This document shows, one piece after another, positions 1 through 10,232 of a DNA stretch of 64,000 nt. The notes beneath the pieces are model-generated. The model was given only the letters and a program-made list of their open reading frames with translations. It was not told where the DNA came from and searched no databases. Origin of the DNA: Sphingobacteriales bacterium. Its GTDB lineage: Bacteria; Bacteroidota; Bacteroidia; UKL13-3. How positions within the stretch are numbered: position 1 is the first letter of the stretch; the number at the start of each line of letters is the position of its first letter. The stretch is taken from the NCBI GenBank assembly GCA_021298155.1, contig JAJTEN010000015.1, positions 832 to 64,831 on the forward strand. Direction: 5' to 3'. The position numbers and the translations under genes were made by a program.

Positions 1-1698
1 TCGCAAATTACTGGCATGTGCGTGCTTTTTGATACCGATTTTGATTTCTCAAATACATTCAAAGTTATTGGCGCGTCTGCTGAAAATGCAGCCTCGGTTC
101 AGCCAGAAAAAACTGAGACCCCTGCAAAAGCAATTACTGCAGCAGCAGACACTGCCACAAAAATAGAAACAAACAAAGATTCTGTAGTGAGCACGGCCAA
201 TGTTTCGGTCGACTACGGCGGTGATGTTTCGGGAGGTAAACAAGAGGGCATTATCGCTTTCCTAATCTTTGCTTTTTTAGGCGGATTGGTAGCTGTTATT
301 ACTCCTTGCGTTTTTCCAATGCTACCCATGACAGTTACTTTCTTTACCAAAAGAAGCGAAACCCGTGCCCTAGCGCTTAAGCGTGCCTTCGGATTTGGAT
401 TTAGCATCATCGGAATCTATGCCTCGTTGGGGCTCATTTTTGCCTTCTTTGGATTGGGTGCAGATTTTGGAAATTGGCTCAGTACACATTGGGTACCCAA
501 TGTGTTGTTCTTTGTTATTTTTATCGTTTTTGCCGCTTCATTCTTGGGTATGTTCGAAATTACATTGCCACATAAATTTGTAAACTCGGTAGATTCTAAA
601 AGTAGTATGGGTAATTTTATGGGCATTTTCTTTATGGCTTTTACCCTTGTTTTGGTCTCGTTTAGCTGCACCGGACCCATAGTAGGTTCTTTGTTAATTG
701 AAGCAGTTGGCGGAAATTTTGTAAAACCTTTACTTGGAATGGCCGCATTTGGCGCTGGTTTAGCTGCTCCTTTTACCTTGTTTGCCATTTTTCCATCATG
801 GATTCAAAACCTGCCAAAATCGGGCGGTTGGCTCAATTCTGTGAAGGTGGTTTTAGGCTTTTTAGAATTGGCCTTTGCCTTCAAATTTTTATCCATTCCA
901 GACCAAACCTACCATTGGGGATTATTAGATAGGGAAATTTATATTGCCATCTGGATTGTTATTTTCTTCTTAATGGGAATGTACTTATTAGGTAAATTAA
1001 AGTTTAGTCACGATAGCGATATTCCTTACCTAAGTGTACCGCGATTGGTGCTTGCTATTGCTACTTTTACCTTTGTTTTATACCTAGTACCTGGCTTATT
1101 TGGCGCACCTTTAAAAGCATTATCGGGCTATCTGCCTCCACAAGAAACCCTAGATTTTGATTTAAGCAAATCTAAAGGCAGTTCGACCCAAAACCACTCA
1201 GAAGCTAAAAGCGATTTGGGAGAAGTTAGGTTCAATAATTTGTTTCATTTGCCACATGAGTTAAATGGCTTTTTCGATTACAAACAAGCCTTAGCCTACG
1301 CCAAGAAAGTAAACAAACCCATATTCATAGATTTTACCGGCCATGGCTGCGTTAACTGCCGAGAAATGGAAGCCAATGTATGGTCAGATCCAGCAGTATT
1401 AAAGCGATTGAAAAATGATTTTGTAGTATTGGCTTTATATGTAGACGACAAAACAGAATTACCTGCCAATGAATGGTACACCAGCAGCTATGATGGCAAA
1501 GAAAAGAAAACCATTGGCAAACAAAATGCAGATTTGCAAATCAGTAAATACAAAGCCAATGCACAACCCTATTACGTATTAATAGATGGAAATGAGAACA
1601 TCTTGGCCGAACCAAAAGCCTACGATTTAAAGGTTGAAAATTTTGTGAAATTTTTAGATGCCGGAAAACAAGCATTTACAGCTAAAAACGCACAATAA
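1..1698 (+). CDS. dsbD: Thiol:disulfide interchange protein, DsbD-like (CcdA-type membrane core plus C-terminal thioredoxin domain); 5' end lies outside the window
   Basis: ORF 16..1698 stays open in frame back to base 1. It has a multi-pass TM core with conserved Cys in TM segments (ITPCVFPMLP, SCTGPIVG). The C-terminal thioredoxin-like domain carries a CVNC (CxxC) motif. Confidence 0.8.
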   Translation, partial: SQITGMCVLFDTDFDFSNTFKVIGASAENAASVQPEKTETPAKAITAAADTATKIETNKDSVVSTANVSVDYGGDVSGGKQEGIIAFLIFAFLGGLVAVITPCVFPMLPMTVTFFTKRSETRALALKRAFGFGFSIIGIYASLGLIFAFFGLGADFGNWLSTHWVPNVLFFVIFIVFAASFLGMFEITLPHKFVNSVDSKSSMGNFMGIFFMAFTLVLVSFSCTGPIVGSLLIEAVGGNFVKPLLGMAAFGAGLAAPFTLFAIFPSWIQNLPKSGGWLNSVKVVLGFLELAFAFKFLSIPDQTYHWGLLDREIYIAIWIVIFFLMGMYLLGKLKFSHDSDIPYLSVPRLVLAIATFTFVLYLVPGLFGAPLKALSGYLPPQETLDFDLSKSKGSSTQNHSEAKSDLGEVRFNNLFHLPHELNGFFDYKQALAYAKKVNKPIFIDFTGHGCVNCREMEANVWSDPAVLKRLKNDFVVLALYVDDKTELPANEWYTSSYDGKEKKTIGKQNADLQISKYKANAQPYYVLIDGNENILAEPKAYDLKVENFVKFLDAGKQAFTAKNAQ

Positions 1699-1701
1699 AG
1701 T

Positions 1702-2268
1702 ATGAACAATATACAATCGCATTTCAAAGAAGCCCAAGATATTCTGGCACAATTCATAAGTAATGAAGCAAATTTTATTGCTATAGAAAATGCCGGAAAA
1801 TTAATGGTAGAGGCGGTAAAAAACGGACATAAAATACTTAGCTGTGGCAATGGCGGTAGTATGTGCGATGCCATGCATTTTGCAGAAGAACTCACAGGCA
1901 AATACCGCCACGATAGAAAAGCCATTCCTGCCATTTCCATCAGCGATGCCAGTCACATAGCCTGTGTAGGCAACGATTATGGTTACGATTTTGTGTTTAG
2001 CCGTTACCTGGAAGCACTAGGCAATTCAGGCGATGTGTTGTTGGCCATTTCTACCAGCGGAAATAGCAAAAATGTTATTAAAGCAATGGAAACCGCCCGC
2101 CAAAAAGGAATGAAAATTGTAGCCCTAAGCGGAAAGGATGGCGGCCAAATGGCATCCATTTGCGATGTTGAAATTAGAGCACCACATAGCCCATACGCAG
2201 ATAGATCCCAAGAAATTCATATTAAATGCATTCATGCATTAATAGATTATATTGAATCACATATTTAG
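1702..2268 (+). CDS. gmhA: D-sedoheptulose-7-phosphate (phosphoheptose) isomerase, SIS domain
   Basis: 188 aa. The CGNGGS and STSGNS motifs and the overall length are typical of GmhA. The gene starts a few nt after the dsbD stop. Confidence 0.85.
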   Translation: MNNIQSHFKEAQDILAQFISNEANFIAIENAGKLMVEAVKNGHKILSCGNGGSMCDAMHFAEELTGKYRHDRKAIPAISISDASHIACVGNDYGYDFVFSRYLEALGNSGDVLLAISTSGNSKNVIKAMETARQKGMKIVALSGKDGGQMASICDVEIRAPHSPYADRSQEIHIKCIHALIDYIESHI

Positions 2269-2298
2269 TCATCGCTTGCAATTGTAAGCTCCAAACCT

Positions 2299-2306
2299 TA
2301 GGTTTG
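2299..2306 (+). promoter_or_regulatory. Candidate -7 promoter box (TAggTTTG) upstream of the APC permease
   Basis: Exact TAnnTTTG match 16 nt before the TTG start. It overlaps a small CAAACC-tta-GGTTTG hairpin, so it is ambiguous. Confidence 0.3.
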
Positions 2307-2322
2307 AACAAACGCTTTTGCC

Positions 2323-4023
2323 TTGTCACTTAACACTATTTTTCGTAGAAAAACCATTACCCGCATCTTGGCTGAACACAAACAGGCAGAAGCAAATGGT
2401 AATCAATTAAGCAAAACCTTAGGCTTTAGAGATCTTACCGCAATGGGTATTGCAGCTATTATTGGCGCAGGTATTTTTAGCACCATCGGTAATGCTAGTT
2501 TTAATGGCGGACCAGCGGTAGTAACATTGTTTATTTTTACGGCAATAGCCTGTGGATTTTCTGCCATGGCATACGCAGAGTTTGCTTCGGTTATTCCTAT
2601 CAGTGGAAGCGCATATACATATGCATACGCCGCTTTTGGGGAAGTTATTGCCTGGATTATTGGTTGGGCGCTTATCGTAGAATATGCTATCGGAAATATC
2701 GTAGTAGCCATCAGTTGGAGCGATTATTTTACTGGCCTTATGGCTGGACTTGGATGGATAATTCCGGAATATTATGGGATGGATTATTTATCTGCCCAAA
2801 GAGGTTTTGCTGAAGCCAGTGCGCTTTTGCAACAAGGTAAAATACTCGGTTCGGTTCAGCAAGAAGCCTATAATGCTTGGTTAAACGCTCCCAACTTGTT
2901 TGGATTTAAGGTAATTTTAGACCTGCCCGCATTAGCCATTGTTATTGCCATTACTATACTTATTTATAGAGGGGTTAAAGAAACCAAAAACGCATCTAAT
3001 ATTATGGTTGGATTAAAACTGTTGGTGGTAGTTATGGTTATCGTAGTAGGCGCCTTTTACGTTAATCCCCACAACTGGAGTCCGTTTGCCCCCAACGGAT
3101 TGAGCGGTATTTTAAAGGGAGTATCCTCTGTATTCTTTGCATACATTGGATTTGATGCCTTGGCAACCACCGCCGAAGAATGTAAAAACCCGCGCAAAGA
3201 TTTGCCGCGTAGCATGATTGCCTCTTTAATTATTTGTACCGTTCTCTATATTGCTATTGCACTCATATTAACCGGTATGGTAAGCTATAAGGAATTAGGA
3301 GTTGGAGATCCTCTAGCCTTTGTTTTTGAAAAAGTAAACCTGCCTTGGATGCATGGCATTGTTGCTGTTTCGGCTGTAATAGCTATGGCTAGTGTGTTAC
3401 TGGTTTTTCAAAATGGTCAACCACGCATTTGGATGAGCATGAGTAGAGATGGACTCCTTCCAAAAAAATTTAGTGCCATTCATCCTACATACAAAACGCC
3501 TTGGTTTGCAACTATAATTACCGGAATCCTTGTTGCCATTCCTGCTCTATTTATGAACTTAAAAGAGGTTACAGACCTCTCTAGTATAGGCACCTTGTTT
3601 GCATTTGTTCTGGTAAATGCCGGTGTAATAAGAATGGAAAGCCACAACAGTGAATACCATACTGGCTTCAGAGTGCCCTATATCAATGGTAAATATTATG
3701 TGCCACTCATTTGCTTGATTGCGCTGCTTGCGGTAGCCTATTTTCAAACAGATGCATTCCTTACCTTTTTTCAATTTAATGATTTTTGGCATCAAGTACC
3801 TTTGCTTTCATTTTTGGTTTTATGCATTGGCATGGCCGTTTTTAGCTACTTACGCAATTACTCTCTTATCCCTGTTTTAGGGCTGTGCAGTAATTTTTAC
3901 CTCATGACAGAACTTGGCCTGAGCAACTGGATTGGTTTTAGTATTTGGTTGGTTTTTGGCTTATTAATTTACTTCTCATTTGGCAAAAAAAACAGCTTGT
4001 TGCAAGCAAATTCACCTGAATAG
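2323..4023 (+). CDS. Amino acid permease, APC superfamily (cationic amino-acid transporter-like)
   Basis: 566 aa, strongly hydrophobic with many predicted TM helices and an APC-type N-terminal region (GIAAIIGAGIFSTIG). The ORF track uses a TTG start, so the exact start is uncertain. Confidence 0.8.
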   Translation: MSLNTIFRRKTITRILAEHKQAEANGNQLSKTLGFRDLTAMGIAAIIGAGIFSTIGNASFNGGPAVVTLFIFTAIACGFSAMAYAEFASVIPISGSAYTYAYAAFGEVIAWIIGWALIVEYAIGNIVVAISWSDYFTGLMAGLGWIIPEYYGMDYLSAQRGFAEASALLQQGKILGSVQQEAYNAWLNAPNLFGFKVILDLPALAIVIAITILIYRGVKETKNASNIMVGLKLLVVVMVIVVGAFYVNPHNWSPFAPNGLSGILKGVSSVFFAYIGFDALATTAEECKNPRKDLPRSMIASLIICTVLYIAIALILTGMVSYKELGVGDPLAFVFEKVNLPWMHGIVAVSAVIAMASVLLVFQNGQPRIWMSMSRDGLLPKKFSAIHPTYKTPWFATIITGILVAIPALFMNLKEVTDLSSIGTLFAFVLVNAGVIRMESHNSEYHTGFRVPYINGKYYVPLICLIALLAVAYFQTDAFLTFFQFNDFWHQVPLLSFLVLCIGMAVFSYLRNYSLIPVLGLCSNFYLMTELGLSNWIGFSIWLVFGLLIYFSFGKKNSLLQANSPE

Positions 4024-4112
4024 GTAACCCTACCATTCAAACCAAAAGATAACCGCTTCTCAAACCTTTTGCTTTTTTATGGGTTCTTTCTAAAGGATTC
4101 AAAATTACTTAT

Positions 4113-4120
4113 TAGCTTTG
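4113..4120 (+). promoter_or_regulatory. Candidate -7 promoter box (TAgcTTTG) upstream of the TonB-dependent receptor
   Basis: Exact match to the Bacteroidota TAnnTTTG consensus about 26 nt before the GTG start. Confidence 0.5.
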
Positions 4121-4146
4121 AACCGAATTTATCTATCAATTAACCT

Positions 4147-6522
4147 GTGAAAAAATTTATCCTTCTATTGGTATGGATTATTGCAATACCTAAAATCTAC
4201 GCCCAACAAAAATTCACTATCAGCGGAGAAATAACAGATGCAAAAAATGGGGAAGAGCTCATAGGCGCAAGTATTTCTGTTCCTCAACTCAAATCTGGAA
4301 CTACCACCAATGCATATGGATTTTACTCCATTACTTTACCTGCTGGAACCTACGAAATTGAGTTTTCTTATATTGGATACGATATTCAAAAGAAAACCAT
4401 TAACCTCAATAAAAATACGAGCCTAAACCTTGAGTTAAGTGAATCTAAGAAACAACTTAATGAGCTAATAGTAAAATCAGATAGGGTAAACAGCGACAAT
4501 GTTACGCAAAACAAAATGAGTGTCGTAAAAATTGACGTAAAACAGGTAAAGAAAATACCAATTCTATTGGGTGAAGTTGATATTATTAAAGCAATTCAAT
4601 TATTACCTGGCGTGCAAGCTGCCGGAGATGGGAGTACCAACTTTATTGTTCGAGGGGGAAATATAGACCATAACCTGGTTCAATTGGATGAGGCTGTTGT
4701 GTATAATCCATCCCACGTTTTAGGCTTTTTCTCTACTTTTAATGGAGATGCAATTAAAGATTTTGAAATATATAAAGGGGGTATTCCTGCTCAATTTGGT
4801 GGAAGATTGGCGAGCGTTTTAGATGTACACATGAAAGATGGAAACAACAAAAAGCTGGGCGTTTCTGGCGGTATTGGCTTACTTTCATCGCGTTTAACAG
4901 TTGAAGCCCCTATCATTAAAGATAAATCTTCTTTTTTAATCTCTGGCAGACGAAGCTATTTTGATGTTTTCTTCCCGCTTTCATCCCAATTAGATGGAGT
5001 TAAAGCGTTTTTTGGCGATTTAAACTTAAAGTTAAACTATACCCTAAACGATAAAAATAAACTATACCTATCTGGCTATTTCGGCCAAGATGTACTTGGC
5101 TTCTCTGGCTTTGCCGGATTTGGCTGGGGAAACAGCACCGGAACCTTGCGCTGGAACCACATTGTTAATAGTAAGCTATTTTTAAATACCAGTTTGGTGT
5201 ATAGCCGTTATGCCTATAATTTTGATATCAATATCAGTGAAAATCTAAACTTTACAAGAAGCAACTATATAGACGACTTAAATTTAAAAGTGGATGGAAG
5301 CTATTTTGTTTCAACCAAAAGCAGCTTTAAATTCGGTGTAAAACTAAATAACTTTGTTTTCCTGCCTGGGAGAATCGACCCAATCACCAAAAATTCAATT
5401 TTTACAACAGACTTATTACCCAAAAAACGGGCCATACAACAAGATGTGTATGCCACCCATGCCTATAAATTTGGTAGTAGGTTTAGTGCAGAATATGGAG
5501 CGCGTATTTCGGTATTTTCAAATATTGGTTCGGGAAGAAAAATTAATTATGTAAACGGTTCGCCAACCTTTTTAGATAATGGATTTGTAAAGGAGAGTCA
5601 AAAAGACCCTAACAACCCTTATACAAATTATAAAAGCGGAGAAATATATAATACCAATTTTGGTTTTGAACCAAGAATAAATCTAAGCTATTTAATCAAT
5701 GCCAGCAGCTCTATTAAAGCATCTTATAACAGAATGTTTCAATACATGCACCTTGTTCAAAACATTACCGCATCAACTGGACAAGAATTTTGGACGCCAA
5801 CAGATAATTATATAAAACCACAAATGGCTGATCAAATTGCCATCGGATATTTCAAAAATTTTAAGGAAAATACCATCGAATTTTCTGCCGAAGCTTATTA
5901 TAAAAAAATGAGCAATACCCTAGAGCTAAGAAATGGTGCAGATATTCAATTTAATGAAGCCATTGAGGGGCAAATTATTAGTGGACAAGGAAGGGCGTAT
6001 GGAGTAGAGTTGTTCTTAAGAAAACAAACGGGTAAAACTACAGGTTGGATTGCCTATACAATCTCCAAAAGCGAAAGACAGGCTGATAACGTAAATAATA
6101 ATCAATGGTACTCATTTAGATTCGATAGAACCCATTATTTGACTTTTGTGCTAAATCAACAAATTTCTGATCGCGTAAGCATTTCTGGAAACTTTATTTA
6201 TGCTACAGGAGAGGCCTTTACCCAAGCAAGCCAAAAGTATCAACTGTTTGGCAATACCCAACCTTCTATTTTTTATGGTGCAAGAAATAATGCACGCTTC
6301 CCTGCTTATCACCGGGCCGATATCTCCTTAACCCTGTCTCGAAAGAAAAAACCAGGAAAAACATATAAAAATGAAAGCGATTGGGTCTTCTCTTTATACA
6401 ATTTATATGGAAGAAAAAATGCCTTTACCCTTAGTTATGATACAACCAATAATGTACCCGTTATTTATAAATGGTACCTGTTTACTTTTGTGCCTTCTGT
6501 TACGTATAATTTCAAATTTTAA
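4147..6522 (+). CDS. TonB-dependent receptor with N-terminal CarboxypepD_reg-like domain
   Basis: 791 aa with a signal peptide. It has a carboxypeptidase-regulatory-like domain (FTISGEITDAKNGEELIGASI), a plug region and a long beta-barrel ending in ..VTYNFKF. GTG start. Confidence 0.85.
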   Translation: MKKFILLLVWIIAIPKIYAQQKFTISGEITDAKNGEELIGASISVPQLKSGTTTNAYGFYSITLPAGTYEIEFSYIGYDIQKKTINLNKNTSLNLELSESKKQLNELIVKSDRVNSDNVTQNKMSVVKIDVKQVKKIPILLGEVDIIKAIQLLPGVQAAGDGSTNFIVRGGNIDHNLVQLDEAVVYNPSHVLGFFSTFNGDAIKDFEIYKGGIPAQFGGRLASVLDVHMKDGNNKKLGVSGGIGLLSSRLTVEAPIIKDKSSFLISGRRSYFDVFFPLSSQLDGVKAFFGDLNLKLNYTLNDKNKLYLSGYFGQDVLGFSGFAGFGWGNSTGTLRWNHIVNSKLFLNTSLVYSRYAYNFDINISENLNFTRSNYIDDLNLKVDGSYFVSTKSSFKFGVKLNNFVFLPGRIDPITKNSIFTTDLLPKKRAIQQDVYATHAYKFGSRFSAEYGARISVFSNIGSGRKINYVNGSPTFLDNGFVKESQKDPNNPYTNYKSGEIYNTNFGFEPRINLSYLINASSSIKASYNRMFQYMHLVQNITASTGQEFWTPTDNYIKPQMADQIAIGYFKNFKENTIEFSAEAYYKKMSNTLELRNGADIQFNEAIEGQIISGQGRAYGVELFLRKQTGKTTGWIAYTISKSERQADNVNNNQWYSFRFDRTHYLTFVLNQQISDRVSISGNFIYATGEAFTQASQKYQLFGNTQPSIFYGARNNARFPAYHRADISLTLSRKKKPGKTYKNESDWVFSLYNLYGRKNAFTLSYDTTNNVPVIYKWYLFTFVPSVTYNFKF

Positions 6523-6539
6523 TCACCGGCTCTATTTCT

Positions 6540-7343
6540 ATGAAAAAAATAATTATCTATATCTTACCTCTGCTCCTCCTAATTGGAGCGTGTAAAGAGA
6601 TTGTTGAAATTGAAATAACAGATGCGGACCCCATTTTAGTGGTTGAAGGAGAAGTAAGCACTGAAACAGATAGTTCCTATGTAAAGCTAAGTCTAAGCAC
6701 CAATTATTACGCTGCCGGAGTGGCGCCAATAATTAAAACTGCTTCTGTTAGTGTAAATGGTATTCCTTTTTTATTTGATCCAAGCCAAAACCGGTACAAA
6801 CCCTTTGCTGGATTTGTAGGTAAAACCGATTCTGTTTACCAACTTAATGTAAATTACGAAAATAAAATTTATACTGCCCAAACTACACTCTATCCAATGT
6901 TCCGAGTAGATAGTTTTTTCCAAACCTGGAAGGAGGCTCAAGGATTTTTACCAGCAGGCTACTCGCTAAGTTACGCTGCATTTGATAGTAGACCAACGCC
7001 ACGCTACACTTCATTTATTCAGGGTTATTTTGATACCATTGCACAAAAAGATTCAATTCCAGGTAATACCATTGTATTCGATAATGTTCAAACGCCAGCT
7101 AACAAACAATATACGTTTGAAATCCCTTTCGCTCGTTTTATTTCTGGTGATATTTATTTCGCAACATTTAGATCAATAGACAATCAAATGAAAGATTTTT
7201 TAGCGGCGTATAGTAGTCAAAACCCAAATATTCCTGGTCCTTTTCAAGTGCCGCCAGCTAATCTTCCCACCAATGTATCTGGAGGTGCAGTGGGCTACTT
7301 CGTAGGCTATGATGTGAAAAGATTTAGATACACAGTTAAATAA
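6540..7343 (+). CDS. DUF4249-family lipoprotein (usual partner of CarboxypepD_reg-type TonB receptors)
   Basis: 267 aa with a signal peptide and lipobox (LLLIGAC). It lies directly downstream of the TonB receptor. The family assignment is from memory of this gene pair in Bacteroidota. Confidence 0.65.
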   Translation: MKKIIIYILPLLLLIGACKEIVEIEITDADPILVVEGEVSTETDSSYVKLSLSTNYYAAGVAPIIKTASVSVNGIPFLFDPSQNRYKPFAGFVGKTDSVYQLNVNYENKIYTAQTTLYPMFRVDSFFQTWKEAQGFLPAGYSLSYAAFDSRPTPRYTSFIQGYFDTIAQKDSIPGNTIVFDNVQTPANKQYTFEIPFARFISGDIYFATFRSIDNQMKDFLAAYSSQNPNIPGPFQVPPANLPTNVSGGAVGYFVGYDVKRFRYTVK

Positions 7344-7405
7344 AATACCCGAATACTTTAAGAAAATATTAGGACTGTTTTAAACGTTTTAATGCTACAT
7401 TCTTA

Positions 7406-7413
7406 TAGTTTTG
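7406..7413 (+). promoter_or_regulatory. Candidate -7 promoter box (TAgtTTTG), 4 nt before the ATG of the porin-like gene
   Basis: Exact TAnnTTTG match. The 4-nt spacer implies a leaderless or near-leaderless mRNA. Confidence 0.4.
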
Positions 7414-7417
7414 CGCT

Positions 7418-8098
7418 ATGCAAAGAGTTTTAACAAGCTTTATTTTATTCCTCACCATTGGTTCAAACCTGGCATTTGGGCAAAACGACAGTACACCTAA
7501 TGCTGAAGAAGAGGATGATTTGGTGTTTTGGTCAAAGCCATCATCTGATGAAAAATTTCGCTTAGGAATAAAAATGGGTATGCAAGTTTCTGGAATCTCT
7601 GGTACCGCCATTCCTGATCCAAGACCCATGTTCGGACTCTTAGGTGGAGGTTATGGACGAATAAATTTTAAACGGGGTTGGTCTCTTCAACAAGAAGTTC
7701 AAGTTTCATTTCGGGGGTCTAATTACCAAGCTGGAGCGGGGGGAATTAAATCACTGCGCCTACTCTATATCGATGCGCCCTTATTCTTAATGAAACAGAT
7801 TAAAAGAAATAGTCCACATAAAATAGGATTGGGAATGCAATACGGACATCTAATTAGTGCTGCGCTTTATATAGATGACAAGGCATACCCCACAGCAAAC
7901 GCGCCATCTCTTGATAAAAATGATTGGCTTCCAGCTGCTGCATACCAGTACCAATTAGACTATTTTGCCATTCAAGTGGCTGGAAAATATGGACTGCGAA
8001 ATATAAATTTAGGCTATCCTTGGCCTGAAAATGCAAAACCCCTAAATAATCAAGAGAAGCTGCATAACTTTGTGTTCGAAATAAATCTTATCTTTTAA
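7418..8098 (+). CDS. Outer-membrane beta-barrel (porin-family) protein
   Basis: 226 aa with a signal peptide (..NLAFGQ), alternating beta-strand-like pattern and a C-terminal aromatic residue (EINLIF). Confidence 0.55.
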   Translation: MQRVLTSFILFLTIGSNLAFGQNDSTPNAEEEDDLVFWSKPSSDEKFRLGIKMGMQVSGISGTAIPDPRPMFGLLGGGYGRINFKRGWSLQQEVQVSFRGSNYQAGAGGIKSLRLLYIDAPLFLMKQIKRNSPHKIGLGMQYGHLISAALYIDDKAYPTANAPSLDKNDWLPAAAYQYQLDYFAIQVAGKYGLRNINLGYPWPENAKPLNNQEKLHNFVFEINLIF

Positions 8099-8099
8099 T

Positions 8100-8906
8100 A
8101 TGTTTTTACGCAAGCAACTTATCTCGCAAATCCAACAAAAACAATCGTTTCTCTGTGTTGGGTTAGACCCAGATATTACCAAAATACCAAAGCATCTCCT
8201 GTCTGAACCAGATCCTATTTTTGCCTTCAATAAAGCAATTATAGATGCTACTGAGCAGTATTGCGTATCTTATAAGGTAAACTCCGCATTCTTTGAAGCC
8301 AGTGGGGCTAAAGGATGGGAAAGTATGCAGAAAACATTTGATTATATGCCCAAAGATTGCTTGGCAATTGCAGATGCCAAACGTGGTGATATTGGTAATA
8401 CAAGCGATCAGTACGCAAAAGCTTTTTTTGATACGCTTGGCGCCGATGCAATTACATTAGCACCATACATGGGCAACGATTCTATTCAACCTTTTTTTAG
8501 TTACCCAGGTAAATGGGGCATCGTACTTGCTCTAACCTCTAATATGGGTAGCGCAGATTATGAACAGCAAATGGTGGGTGACCAGTTTTTATATGAACGT
8601 GTTATTCAAAACACCTGCAAATTGGGCTCAGACCAAAATTTAATGTTTGTTGTAGGTGCTACCAAACCCAAAGAGTTTGAAATTATCAGACAACACGCGC
8701 CTAATCATTTTTTATTGGTACCAGGGGTAGGCGCACAAGGCGGTAGCTTGGAAGAGGTCGTTAAATATGGTAAAAACAAAGATATTGGTTTGCTCATTAA
8801 TGCCAGTAGAAGCATCATTTATGCAAGCAATACCAAAGATTTTGCAACAGCAGCAGCCTTAGAAGCGCAAAATTTACAGTTGCAAATGGCCGCGCTAATG
8901 GCTTAA
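8100..8906 (+). CDS. pyrF: Orotidine 5'-phosphate decarboxylase (type 2)
   Basis: 268 aa with the VGLDP and DAKRGDIGNT active-site motifs characteristic of PyrF. Confidence 0.9.
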   Translation: MFLRKQLISQIQQKQSFLCVGLDPDITKIPKHLLSEPDPIFAFNKAIIDATEQYCVSYKVNSAFFEASGAKGWESMQKTFDYMPKDCLAIADAKRGDIGNTSDQYAKAFFDTLGADAITLAPYMGNDSIQPFFSYPGKWGIVLALTSNMGSADYEQQMVGDQFLYERVIQNTCKLGSDQNLMFVVGATKPKEFEIIRQHAPNHFLLVPGVGAQGGSLEEVVKYGKNKDIGLLINASRSIIYASNTKDFATAAALEAQNLQLQMAALMA

Positions 8907-8918
8907 TTGCCTGGCAAT

Positions 8919-10196
8919 ATGTTTTGGCTTCACCTACTTATTCTGCTATCATTCATACTTATTGGCGCGCAATTAAAAGGTGTTGCCTTGGGATTTATGG
9001 GTGCATTGGGTACGCTCATTTTTGTGTATGTTTTTAATTTGCCTATAGGTAAAGCTCCAATAGATGTTATGCTGATTATCCTATGTGTTATCAGCGCAGC
9101 AGCTTCGCTTCAAGCCGCTGGAGGCCTCGCATACTTGGTAAGTATTGCCGAATTCATTATCAAAAAAAATCCAGCTGCTATTACTTTTATTGCTCCTTTT
9201 GTAACTTTTATTTTTACGCTTTTGGCCGGAACGGCCCATATTTGCTACTCCTTATTGCCCATTATTGCAGACGTTGCGGCGAAGAAAAAAATCAGACCAG
9301 AAAGACCATTAAGCATTTCTGTTGTTGCCGCAAATTTTGGTATCACTGCCAGCCCAATATCAGCTGCAACCGTTGCTATGTTTACAGAGCTAAACAAAAT
9401 ACCAAACAACACTTTTGGCATTGTTCAAATAATCAGCATTATCATGCCAGCCTCACTCATCGGTATTTTAGCTGGAGCTATTGTCGCCAATTTTATGGGA
9501 ACTAACTTAGATAAAGACGCGCAGTTTTTAAATAGTATGCCACAGGATGACTTCAAAGAAAAAGTCGTTCACTCTCCTCAGGCAAAATGGTCTGTATTTA
9601 TCTTTTTAAGCGGTGTATTAGGCGTTATCTTACTCGGCCTGAACCCAAACTTGCGCAAAACAAGTATGGTTGAATCAATTGAACTAATTATGCTAAGTGT
9701 GGTTCTTTTAAATGTAACTTTTGCTAAAATTAAGGCAACAGATATTGCCTCAACCGGAATATTCAAAACAGGCACAGAGGCCATCGTTAGCATATTTGGT
9801 GTGGTTTTAATGAGCAATACTTTTATCAATGCACACAGTACTTTTTTAAGTCAAAACTTGCAACCAATTGTAAGCAATCATGTTTGGCTGTTCGCTTTTG
9901 CCGTATTTATCATGGGTGCCTTGTTGTTTAGTCAAACCGCTACGGTAAAGGCAATAATGCCACTTGGCGCGCAACTAGGTATATTACCTGCTCATTTAAT
10001 TGCTATGTATCCAGCAGTAAATGCCGACTTTGTAATACCTAGCTATCCAACCCTCGTAGCTGCCATTAATTTCGATAAAACGGGCACTACAAGGGTTGGA
10101 AAGTTTTTATTAAATCATAGTTTTATGCTGCCTGGCATTACCCTAACATTTGTTACGATGTTGGCCGCGTATGGAATTATTTACTTCTTTTACTAA
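8919..10196 (+). CDS. Anaerobic C4-dicarboxylate transporter, DcuA/DcuB family
   Basis: ORF 8907..10196 begins with TTG. The ATG at 8919 gives the N-terminus MFWLHLLILLSFILIGAQLKGVALGF.., which aligns with the Dcu N-termini as I remember them. Polytopic membrane protein. Confidence 0.8.
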   Translation: MFWLHLLILLSFILIGAQLKGVALGFMGALGTLIFVYVFNLPIGKAPIDVMLIILCVISAAASLQAAGGLAYLVSIAEFIIKKNPAAITFIAPFVTFIFTLLAGTAHICYSLLPIIADVAAKKKIRPERPLSISVVAANFGITASPISAATVAMFTELNKIPNNTFGIVQIISIIMPASLIGILAGAIVANFMGTNLDKDAQFLNSMPQDDFKEKVVHSPQAKWSVFIFLSGVLGVILLGLNPNLRKTSMVESIELIMLSVVLLNVTFAKIKATDIASTGIFKTGTEAIVSIFGVVLMSNTFINAHSTFLSQNLQPIVSNHVWLFAFAVFIMGALLFSQTATVKAIMPLGAQLGILPAHLIAMYPAVNADFVIPSYPTLVAAINFDKTGTTRVGKFLLNHSFMLPGITLTFVTMLAAYGIIYFFY

Positions 10197-10232
10197 CAAC
10201 TTAATGCAGTGTAAAATCTGTTAATTTAAAAA